Assembly (NCBI GenBank): GCA_017555765.1
Contig: JAFZFT010000116.1
Span: 2,038-66,037 of the forward strand
Reading direction: 5' to 3'
Source of the DNA: Clostridia bacterium
GTDB lineage: Bacteria; Bacillota; Clostridia; Oscillospirales; Acutalibacteraceae
DNA length: 64,000 bases
Shown here one piece after another: positions 56,593-64,000 of the stretch (positions are counted from its first letter, which is position 1; every line of letters begins with the position of its first letter). Position numbers and translations under genes: made by a program. The notes beneath the pieces were generated by a model, which saw only the letters and a list, made by a program, of their open reading frames with translations, made no database searches and was not told the origin of the DNA.

Positions 56593-58341
56593 ATGGCTTT
56601 AGATGGTATTTTTTTAAGAAAAGTCAGAAATGAGCTTTCATCTCAGGCTGTAGGCATGAGGGTTGACCGTGTAAATCAGCCCACTAAAGATGAAATTGTA
56701 CTTAATCTCAGAGGCAGAAGCTTCAATAAAAAACTGCTTTTTTGCGTACGTGCTGACAGCGCGAGAGTACATTTTACGGAGCATAACATTGATAATCCTC
56801 CTGTACCGCCAATGTTCTGTATGCTCCTCAGAAAGCATCTTCAGGGTGCTCTTGTAAAGGAAGTAAGACAACTTGAAACTGACAGAATTATATTTATTGA
56901 TTTTGATGCAACAAATGAGATAGGAGACAGAGTAGGGCTTACTCTCTGCATTGAAATAATGGGTAAGCATTCTAATCTCATTCTCATTTCAGGCGATACT
57001 ATCATAGACTCAATTAAAAGAGTTGACTTTACAACCTCATCATTCAGACAGGTGCTCCCTGGACTTGAATATAAGCTTCCGCCCGAGCAAGATAAGCTGT
57101 GCATTGAAGAAGTTGAAACTAATGAGATTGTCGAAAGGATACTCTCATATAAGGATAAGTATCTTTCAACAGCAGTGATGAATGTTATTCAGGGAGTTTC
57201 TCCGATTGTAGGCCGTGAAATTGCGTCAAAAACAGCTTTAGAAGATGTTTTTGTACGAGAATTGAACACTTTAACGCTTAACGCTCTGAAAGCTCAAATT
57301 GGTGAAATTAAAGCGAATATCAACTCAACTGATAAAGTATATATGCTTACCGATACTAACGGCAAGCCAAAGGATATCTCTCATTGCAGTATCAGTCAGT
57401 ATGGTGATAGTCTCTGTGTAAAGGAGTACGACACATGCAGTGATCTGCTTGATAATTTCTATTTTGAAAGAGACAGAATTAACAGAATCAATCATAGGGG
57501 CCATGAGCTTATAAAGCTTCTTAATAATCTTATCGAAAGAACTGCAAGAAAAATCGCATTGCAGAAATCTGAGCTCGAAAGATGTAAGGATAAGGATCAG
57601 CTTCGTCTATATGGAGAACTTATTGTGGCTAATCTTTACAGATTGGAAAAAGGCAGAGATTTTTACGAGGTTGAAAACTATTACGATAATTGTAATTTGA
57701 TCAGAATACCTTGTAACCCCGCCTTATCTCCACAGGAAAATCAGAAAAAGTATTATAAAGATTACCGTAAAGCTCAGGTAGCAGAAAAGATGCTTGCTGA
57801 ACTGATTTCCGACGGTGAAAATGAAATCATTTATCTTGAGTCCGTACTTGATGAGCTTTCGAGAGCGGATACGGATAACGAAATATCCACTATAAGACTT
57901 GAGCTTTCTCAAGGCGGTTATATCAAGAATACTAAGGCGAAGAAGCAAAAGCCGCCCAAGGAGTTACCGCCTCACGAATTCGTTACTGATGACGGCTTCA
58001 GAGTGCTTGTCGGCAGAAACAATATTCAGAATGATATGCTTTCACTTAAAACGGCTATGAAAACCGATATGTGGCTTCACACTCAGAAAACTCCCGGATC
58101 TCATGTCATTATATGTGGTGACGGAAAGGAAATTTCGGACCTTTCTATTGAACAGGCGGCTGTTATTGCTGCGACGTACAGTAAGGCTGCTGAGTCATCC
58201 CTCGTACCTGTTGACTATACAAGGGTGAAACAGCTTAAGAAGCCGAACGGAGCTAAGGCAGGTATGGTAATATACCACGAATATTGGACAATCATTGTAA
58301 AGCCTGATAAGGACTTTACCGAAAGTCATAAAGTAAAATAA
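56593..58341 (+). CDS. rqcH: NFACT-family ribosome quality control protein RqcH (FbpA-like)
   Basis: MALDGIFLRKVRNEL...VDRVNQPTKDEIVL is the NFACT-N domain. It is followed by a coiled coil and then the NFACT-R domain (WLHTQKTPGSHVII). Confidence 0.85.
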   Translation: MALDGIFLRKVRNELSSQAVGMRVDRVNQPTKDEIVLNLRGRSFNKKLLFCVRADSARVHFTEHNIDNPPVPPMFCMLLRKHLQGALVKEVRQLETDRIIFIDFDATNEIGDRVGLTLCIEIMGKHSNLILISGDTIIDSIKRVDFTTSSFRQVLPGLEYKLPPEQDKLCIEEVETNEIVERILSYKDKYLSTAVMNVIQGVSPIVGREIASKTALEDVFVRELNTLTLNALKAQIGEIKANINSTDKVYMLTDTNGKPKDISHCSISQYGDSLCVKEYDTCSDLLDNFYFERDRINRINHRGHELIKLLNNLIERTARKIALQKSELERCKDKDQLRLYGELIVANLYRLEKGRDFYEVENYYDNCNLIRIPCNPALSPQENQKKYYKDYRKAQVAEKMLAELISDGENEIIYLESVLDELSRADTDNEISTIRLELSQGGYIKNTKAKKQKPPKELPPHEFVTDDGFRVLVGRNNIQNDMLSLKTAMKTDMWLHTQKTPGSHVIICGDGKEISDLSIEQAAVIAATYSKAAESSLVPVDYTRVKQLKKPNGAKAGMVIYHEYWTIIVKPDKDFTESHKVK

Positions 58342-58359
58342 TTTAAAAGGAGGGAGTTT

Positions 58360-61300
58360 ATGTCCTTTACACATTTGCATCTTCATACGGAATACAGCCT
58401 TCTTGATGGTGCTTGCAGAATCAATTCGCTTATTGAACGCGTAAAAGAACTTGGTCAGACAAGTGTTGCTATAACCGACCATGGTGTGATGTACGGTGTT
58501 GTCGATTTTTACAAGGCGGCAAAGGAAAAGGGCATAAAGCCCATCATTGGTTGCGAGTGCTATGTCGCACCGAGAAGCAGACACGATAAGGTACACGGAC
58601 TTGACAGTCAGCGTTATCATCTCGTACTTTTGTGCAAAAATAATGTTGGATATCAGAATCTAATCGCAATGGTCAGCAAAAGCTGGACAGAGGGATTTTA
58701 TACCAAGCCACGTATTGATCGTGAGTTGTTGGAAAAACACTCAGAAGGACTTATTGCTTTGTCAGGATGCCTTGCAGGTGAAATATCTCAGACTCTTATG
58801 CGAGGTGATTACGATACAGCAAAGAGCGTTGCGTTATATTATCGTAATCTCTTTGGTGCAGATAATTATTTCATTGAGATACAGAATCACGGCCTGCGTG
58901 AGCAAATGGAAATAATGCCCGATTTGATTCGTATTTCACGTGAGACAGGTATACCACTTGTTGCTACAAACGATGCTCATTATCTCCGTAAGGAGGATTC
59001 ATCGGTACAGCAGGTATTGATTTGCATACAGACCAACCATATCTTAGGTGAAGCTACGGGGCTTGAATTCAGTACGGATGAGTTCTATGTAAAAAGTGAA
59101 GAGGAAATGCTTGATACGTTTTCACAGATACCGGAAGCTGTTCATAATACTCAGCTTATTGCCGACAGATGTAATGTTGAGTTTGAATTCGGAAATACTA
59201 AGCTTCCGCATTTTGAAGTGCCGAATAATATGGATCATTATGAATACTTCAAAAATCAGTGCTTCTTCGGTTTGTACAAGTATTTCGGTGAAAATCCGCC
59301 TGAAAATTATGTTGAAAGACTCAATTATGAGCTTGAAGTTATAAACAGAATGGGGTATGTAGACTATTTCCTTATAGTTCACGATTTCATCCGATATGCT
59401 AAAAATGCAGGTATTCCGGTAGGACCCGGAAGAGGCTCGGGCGCAGGCTCTTTGGCGGCTTACTGTATTGGCATCACGGGTATTGATCCCATTAAGTATA
59501 ATCTTCTTTTTGAGCGATTCCTCAATCCTGAACGTGTCAGTATGCCTGACTTCGATATCGATTTCTGCTATGTGCGAAGACAAGAGGTTATTGATTACGT
59601 TATATCTAAGTACGGTGCAGACCACGTTGCCCAGATTGTAACCTTTGGTACAATGGCGGCAAGAGGTGCAATAAGAGATGTGGGCAGAGTGTTGGGTATT
59701 CCCTACGCAACCGTAGATGAGGTTGCAAAGCTTATTCCCAATGAGCTGAAAATCACTATCGATAAAGCACTGAAAACGCCTGAGCTTAACAGACTTTATC
59801 AGACAAACGAGGATATTCGAAGGCTAATTGATATCGCAAGACAGGTTGAAGGTATGCCAAGACATGCTTCCACACATGCGGCAGGTGTTGTTATTACACG
59901 AGACCCTGTTTCGTCTTATGTACCTCTCGCTGTTAACGATGAGTCTGTTGTTACACAGTTTACTATGGTAACTCTTGAGCAGCTCGGATTGCTCAAAATG
60001 GACTTTCTTGGACTGCGTACGCTAACCGTTATTGACGATGCTGTGAAAATGATCAGAAAAACAAATCCTGATTTTGATATTAACAGTATACCTCTTGACG
60101 ATAAAGTAACCTTCGATATGCTTTCTCAAGGAAAAACTCTTGGTGTGTTCCAGTATGAATCAGCAGGTATGAGAAGCGTACTGACGCGTCTTAAACCGCA
60201 GTCAATAGAAGACCTGATTGCTGTTATCTCCTTGTACAGACCCGGTCCTGCTGACTCTATAGATACCTATATTCATAATAGACACAACCCTTCAGATACT
60301 ACTTATAAGTCCGATTTACTCAAGGATATTCTTGACGTTACCTACGGATGTATGGTCTATCAGGAGCAGGTTATGGAAATTTGCAGAAAGCTTGCAGGCT
60401 ATTCCTACGGCAGAGCTGACCTTGTGCGCAGAGCGATGAGTAAGAAAAAACTCGATGTTATGGAAAAAGAGCGTCAGATATTCATCAACGGTATTGAAGG
60501 AGATTTAATTTGTTGCGGAGCCGTTAAAAACGGGGTCAGCGTTAAGGCTGCAAATGATATTTTTGATGAGATGTCAAACTTTGCCAAATACGCATTCAAT
60601 AAGTCTCACGCCGCAGCATATGCTTATGTTTCCTATCAGACCGCATATCTTAAGGCTAATTATCCTTGTGAGCTTCTTGCGGCAACGCTTACAAGTGTAC
60701 TTGATTCATCCGTTAAGGTTTCCAATTATATCGCCGAATGTACCCGACTCGGTATAAAGGTGCTTTCGCCGTCGGTTAACAGTAGTTTTGAAGGGTTTAC
60801 TGTTAAAAACGGTACTATCCGTTTCGGCTTACTCGCTATAAAAAATCTCGGCAGGGGATTTATCAGAACAATAATCCGCAACCGTGAGCAAATGGGCAAA
60901 TACACAAGCTTCTATAGCTTCTGTAAGCGTGTACACGGAAAGGAATTTAATCGAAGAGCAGTTGAAAGTCTTATAAAGTGCGGAGCGCTTGACGGAATGG
61001 ATCTAAACAGAAGGCAGATGCTTAGTATACTGCCTGCCGTAGTTTCAGCTATTGATGAAGATAAAAATAAGAATATCGTCGGACAGATTGGTTTCTTCGA
61101 TGATGGCTCCGAGTTTTCGGGCATGGATGAAGTAAAGGCTCCTGAAATGGAGGAAATGCCTAAAACTGATTTACTGAGGCTCGAAAAAGAAATTACAGGC
61201 TTATATATTTCGGGACATCCGATGGAGGAGTACCGTGAGATTTCTGAAAAAGTCAGAGCGGATATTATTTCGGATATACTTGACAGTGAAGGCGGATTTT

Positions 61301-61830
61301 CTTCAAAATACAAGGATAACTCTGATGTAAAGGTTTTCGGAATTATATCGAGACTTGAAAAGAAGACAACGAAGAATAATTCGACGATGTGCTTTGTTGA
61401 AATCGAAGACCTTACCGCAGGGATTGAATGTATCGTTTTCTCGAAGCTTTTTGCAGACAGAACGAACCTTCTTCAGATGGGTAATATTGTACTCATAAGA
61501 GGCAGACTCAGTATGAGAGAAGACAGAGAGCCTTCAATAGTTTGCGAAAGTATTGAGCCTAATCCTGTTAATTTATATAAAAACGGTGAAGAAAAGCCCG
61601 CTAAGAGAAGACAGAGAGACGGTATTTTCCTCAGACTTCCCTCAAAAGGTTGTGCTGAAGAAAGAAAAATTGATTTGCTTACTGAAATATTTGAAGGAAC
61701 ATTCCCGTTATACTGCTACTATAATGATGTAGGGGAATATTCAAGAAAAGGTTATGTCGCCTTGAATGCTCCGATGCTTGATGAAATGAGATATATTCTC
61801 GGCGATGAAAATGTTGTTGTCAGAAGATGA
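58360..61830 (+). CDS. dnaE: DNA polymerase III alpha subunit (DnaE type)
   Basis: The PHP domain is FTHLHLHTEYSLLDGA. The palm is GPGRGSGAGSLAAYCIGIT, followed by PDFDIDF. An OB fold lies near the C-terminus. Confidence 0.95.
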   Translation: MSFTHLHLHTEYSLLDGACRINSLIERVKELGQTSVAITDHGVMYGVVDFYKAAKEKGIKPIIGCECYVAPRSRHDKVHGLDSQRYHLVLLCKNNVGYQNLIAMVSKSWTEGFYTKPRIDRELLEKHSEGLIALSGCLAGEISQTLMRGDYDTAKSVALYYRNLFGADNYFIEIQNHGLREQMEIMPDLIRISRETGIPLVATNDAHYLRKEDSSVQQVLICIQTNHILGEATGLEFSTDEFYVKSEEEMLDTFSQIPEAVHNTQLIADRCNVEFEFGNTKLPHFEVPNNMDHYEYFKNQCFFGLYKYFGENPPENYVERLNYELEVINRMGYVDYFLIVHDFIRYAKNAGIPVGPGRGSGAGSLAAYCIGITGIDPIKYNLLFERFLNPERVSMPDFDIDFCYVRRQEVIDYVISKYGADHVAQIVTFGTMAARGAIRDVGRVLGIPYATVDEVAKLIPNELKITIDKALKTPELNRLYQTNEDIRRLIDIARQVEGMPRHASTHAAGVVITRDPVSSYVPLAVNDESVVTQFTMVTLEQLGLLKMDFLGLRTLTVIDDAVKMIRKTNPDFDINSIPLDDKVTFDMLSQGKTLGVFQYESAGMRSVLTRLKPQSIEDLIAVISLYRPGPADSIDTYIHNRHNPSDTTYKSDLLKDILDVTYGCMVYQEQVMEICRKLAGYSYGRADLVRRAMSKKKLDVMEKERQIFINGIEGDLICCGAVKNGVSVKAANDIFDEMSNFAKYAFNKSHAAAYAYVSYQTAYLKANYPCELLAATLTSVLDSSVKVSNYIAECTRLGIKVLSPSVNSSFEGFTVKNGTIRFGLLAIKNLGRGFIRTIIRNREQMGKYTSFYSFCKRVHGKEFNRRAVESLIKCGALDGMDLNRRQMLSILPAVVSAIDEDKNKNIVGQIGFFDDGSEFSGMDEVKAPEMEEMPKTDLLRLEKEITGLYISGHPMEEYREISEKVRADIISDILDSEGGFSSKYKDNSDVKVFGIISRLEKKTTKNNSTMCFVEIEDLTAGIECIVFSKLFADRTNLLQMGNIVLIRGRLSMREDREPSIVCESIEPNPVNLYKNGEEKPAKRRQRDGIFLRLPSKGCAEERKIDLLTEIFEGTFPLYCYYNDVGEYSRKGYVALNAPMLDEMRYILGDENVVVRR

Positions 61831-61877
61831 CATCATAAACAAATAGGCGTCTGTTTCTTTATTTTTCCGCCTAATTA

Positions 61878-61905
61878 TTGACTTTTTTTTACAGATGTGT
61901 ATAAT
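61878..61905 (+). promoter_or_regulatory. Sigma-A promoter for pfkA
   Basis: TTGACT (61878-61883), a 16-nt spacer, then TATAAT (61900-61905). Confidence 0.6.
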
Positions 61906-61969
61906 AACTTTAAATGCATTTAACACAGACAGTTATAAAACTGTGTAATGACTTTAGGAGGATGTTAGA

Positions 61970-62935
61970 ATGATTAAAACTATCGGTGTTCTTACAAGTG
62001 GCGGTGACGCTCCCGGAATGAACGCAGCTATCAGAGCTGTTGTACGTGCCGGATGTGAACTCGGAATGAAAGTGTACGGTATCAGAAGAGGTTACAACGG
62101 CCTTATGGAAGATGATATGTACGAAATGAACCTCAGATCTGTTTCAGATATTATTAATAGAGGCGGTACAATTCTTTATTCCGCGAGAAGCCCCAAATTC
62201 AAGACTGAAGAAGGTATGGCTGCTGCAATTGAAACCTGCAAAAAGAGAGGTATTGAAGGCCTTGTTGTTATCGGCGGTGACGGCTCATTCAGAGGTGCAA
62301 GAGACCTTTCACTCAGAGGTATTCCTTGCGTTGCTATTCCCGGTACCATTGACAATGATATTGGTTGCTGTGACTACACAATCGGTTATGACACTTCGAT
62401 GAATACAATTATGCAGATGGTTGACAGAATCAGAGACACTGCTGAATCACATGACCGTTGCGCTGTTGTTGAAGTTATGGGTAGAGGTGCAGGTTATCTT
62501 GCTCTCACATCCGGTATCGCTTGCGGTGCTACATCAATCCTTCTTCCCGAGGTTGATTATGATTTCGAGCGTGATGTTATCGACAGAATGAAGAGAACAC
62601 AGAAAACCGATAAGGTTCACTTCGTTATCATCGTTTCCGAAGCAATCGGCGGAGTTGAAGAAATGGCAAAGAGAATTCAGGCAGAAACAGGTGTTGAAGC
62701 AAGAGCTACAATTCTCGGTCATGTCCAGAGAGGCGGCTCACCCACAGCCAAGGACAGAATCGTTGCCAGCCAGATGGGATACCACGCTGTCCAGCTTCTT
62801 AAAGAGGGTATCGGCAACAGAGTTGTTGCTATGCAGAAGGAAAACATTCTCGACTTCGATATCTTCGAAGCTCTTGGCATGAAGAATACTATCGATCTCG
62901 ATATGTATAAGATGGCTCTTGAGATTTCAATCTAA
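61970..62935 (+). CDS. pfkA: ATP-dependent 6-phosphofructokinase
   Basis: Supporting blocks are IGVLTSGGDAPGMNAAIRAVVR, IGGDGS, PGTIDND and GHVQRGG. Confidence 0.95.
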   Translation: MIKTIGVLTSGGDAPGMNAAIRAVVRAGCELGMKVYGIRRGYNGLMEDDMYEMNLRSVSDIINRGGTILYSARSPKFKTEEGMAAAIETCKKRGIEGLVVIGGDGSFRGARDLSLRGIPCVAIPGTIDNDIGCCDYTIGYDTSMNTIMQMVDRIRDTAESHDRCAVVEVMGRGAGYLALTSGIACGATSILLPEVDYDFERDVIDRMKRTQKTDKVHFVIIVSEAIGGVEEMAKRIQAETGVEARATILGHVQRGGSPTAKDRIVASQMGYHAVQLLKEGIGNRVVAMQKENILDFDIFEALGMKNTIDLDMYKMALEISI

Positions 62936-62948
62936 TCTAAATTATTTT

Positions 62949-62986
62949 ATCGGAGCTTTTTATATGAAAGGCTCCGATTATTTTAT
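62949..62986 (+). terminator. Intrinsic terminator after pfkA
   Basis: The stem ATCGGAGC / GCTCCGAT has extra inner pairs and is followed by TATTTTAT. Confidence 0.7.
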
Positions 62987-62997
62987 AGGAGATAATT

Positions 62998-63867
62998 ATG
63001 GCGGAAGATAAAAATAAATCAGAGAAAAAAGATAATCCCCATAAAGGACACAGAAACAAGGTCAGGAACAGATACTACGAAACCGGATTCAACGGTATGG
63101 CTGACCACAATGTACTTGAAATGCTTTTGTTTTTCGGTATACCCTACAAAGATACGAATGAAATGGCACACGAGCTTATAGCTCGATTCGGTAGCTTTTC
63201 AGGTGTACTTGAAGCAGATGTTAAAGATCTTATTACAGTTAAGGGTATGACTGAAAATGCCGCTTGTCTAATTACAATGATTCTCCCTTTGTATAAACGT
63301 TATATGGAGGATGTAAGCAGTCAGAAGCCTGAGTTCGCTTCAAAAGAAGAGCTTTCTATGTATATCAGAAGCCTGTTTCTTGATACGAACGACGAAAGGT
63401 TATATGCTTTGGCATATGACTCAAGCAGGCATTATATCGGCTACAGAAACATCGGCGACGGTGATATCTGCTCTTCGAGAGCCGATATAAGAAAGCTTTC
63501 CGCTTTTGTACTCGAGTGTAAGGCTACGGGTATTATTCTTGCGCATAATCATCCTCACGGTATAGCTCTTCCGTCACCCGAAGATATAGAGTGCACCAAG
63601 TATATATACAAGATACTTGATGCTCTTAAGGTACGCCTTCTTGATCATATTATAGTCAATGAAAGTGATTATATTTCAATGGCCGAAACAATGAGATATA
63701 CTTATATTTTCTCAGGTATTGAACAGTCGCCATTTGAGAAGGAGTTCGACGAAGAGTTCGAAAAAGCACGTGAAGCAGTAGAACATAACGATCGCAGAAA
63801 GAATGCTGAAAAGGTCAAGAAGATGCTTGAGAAGATTAACAACGCAAAAGCTAATACAGACAATTAA
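62998..63867 (+). CDS. radC: RadC-family JAB/MPN domain protein with about 50-aa charged C-terminal extension
   Basis: The N-terminal block is GHRNKVRNRY...DHNVLEMLLFFGIPYKDTNEMAHELIARFGS. The JAMM motif is ILAHNHPHGIALPSPEDI. Confidence 0.85.
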   Translation: MAEDKNKSEKKDNPHKGHRNKVRNRYYETGFNGMADHNVLEMLLFFGIPYKDTNEMAHELIARFGSFSGVLEADVKDLITVKGMTENAACLITMILPLYKRYMEDVSSQKPEFASKEELSMYIRSLFLDTNDERLYALAYDSSRHYIGYRNIGDGDICSSRADIRKLSAFVLECKATGIILAHNHPHGIALPSPEDIECTKYIYKILDALKVRLLDHIIVNESDYISMAETMRYTYIFSGIEQSPFEKEFDEEFEKAREAVEHNDRRKNAEKVKKMLEKINNAKANTDN

Positions 63868-63892
63868 TGAATAAATGAAAACTGTCGGATTT

Positions 63893-64000
63893 TGAAGTGA
63901 CCCCCAAAAGTTAGACAAAGTTTTTTAGAAAAACTTGTGCAAATTAAATATTAAGCAGCTAAAATGGCTTGAGATCTGTGCATAGCAGGTGTCAAGCCAT
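63893..64000. mobile_element. Possible left end of an IS3-family insertion sequence (terminal inverted repeat only; the body lies beyond the window)
   Basis: TGAAGTGACCCCCAAAAGTTAGACAAAG starts with TG. It resembles IS3-family terminal inverted repeats as I remember them (IS911 TGAAGTGG..., IS3/IS150 ...GTGGAC/GTTGGAC). No ORF is visible before the window ends. Confidence 0.3.

Noticed and set aside
1-64000. I scanned the whole window for CRISPR arrays, tandem or direct repeat arrays, rRNA, tmRNA/SRP/RNase P-like RNAs, T-boxes or riboswitches in long leaders, toxin-antitoxin pairs, restriction-modification or other defence genes, phage genes, and in-frame stop or frameshift pseudogenes.
   Set aside because: I found none by eye. 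Intergenic regions are short apart from 7836-8295, 13480-13663 and 27257-27450, and all large ORFs are intact with housekeeping-type motifs. A computational repeat, Rfam and defence-finder scan would be needed to exclude subtle cases.

Overview
This is a 64-kb chromosomal segment from a low-GC, spore-forming Firmicute. Gene order and protein sequences look like Clostridia, possibly Oscillospiraceae/Ruminococcaceae, but that is inference only. I support about 58 CDS and 2 tRNA genes: tRNA-Leu(CAG) on the minus strand and tRNA-Thr(GGT) on the plus strand. I also call several consensus sigma-A promoters, one LexA (Cheo) box and about a dozen intrinsic terminators. I see no rRNA, CRISPR array, prophage or recognisable defence island.

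Most of the window is syntenic housekeeping DNA:
- cmk-plsC-ispH/rpsA
- a ParE/ParC-like topoisomerase pair
- spoVFA/B, murC
- mltG-U32, hprK-glcK-murB-whiA
- miaB-ymcA-mutS-mutL-miaA
- yggS-sepF-divIVA-lspA-rluD
- split transketolase, trmK-nif3, rqcH, dnaE, pfkA, radC

The only accessory-looking stretch is roughly 3.5-13.5 kb. It has mixed strands and is tRNA-flanked, and it carries sleB, an acyltransferase, a LytTR/DUF3021/ABC-2 module, an orphan B12-radical SAM gene and YfhO.

I found no clear-cut new system. The candidates most worth a second look are:
1. An SOS-box-controlled UmuC/YqjW-like Y-family polymerase tightly followed by an unrecognised 79-aa ORF.
2. A receiver-less LytTR regulator, DUF3021 membrane protein and ABC-2 exporter operon, with 21-bp-phased direct repeats upstream of a weak promoter.
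3. A fused tandem ThyX-like protein whose signature motif is split between its two halves.
4. Structured non-coding stretches at about 8.1 kb and 27.3 kb.
5. A possible IS3-type terminal repeat at the right window edge.

All functional calls come from motif recognition by eye in the supplied translations. No database search was run.
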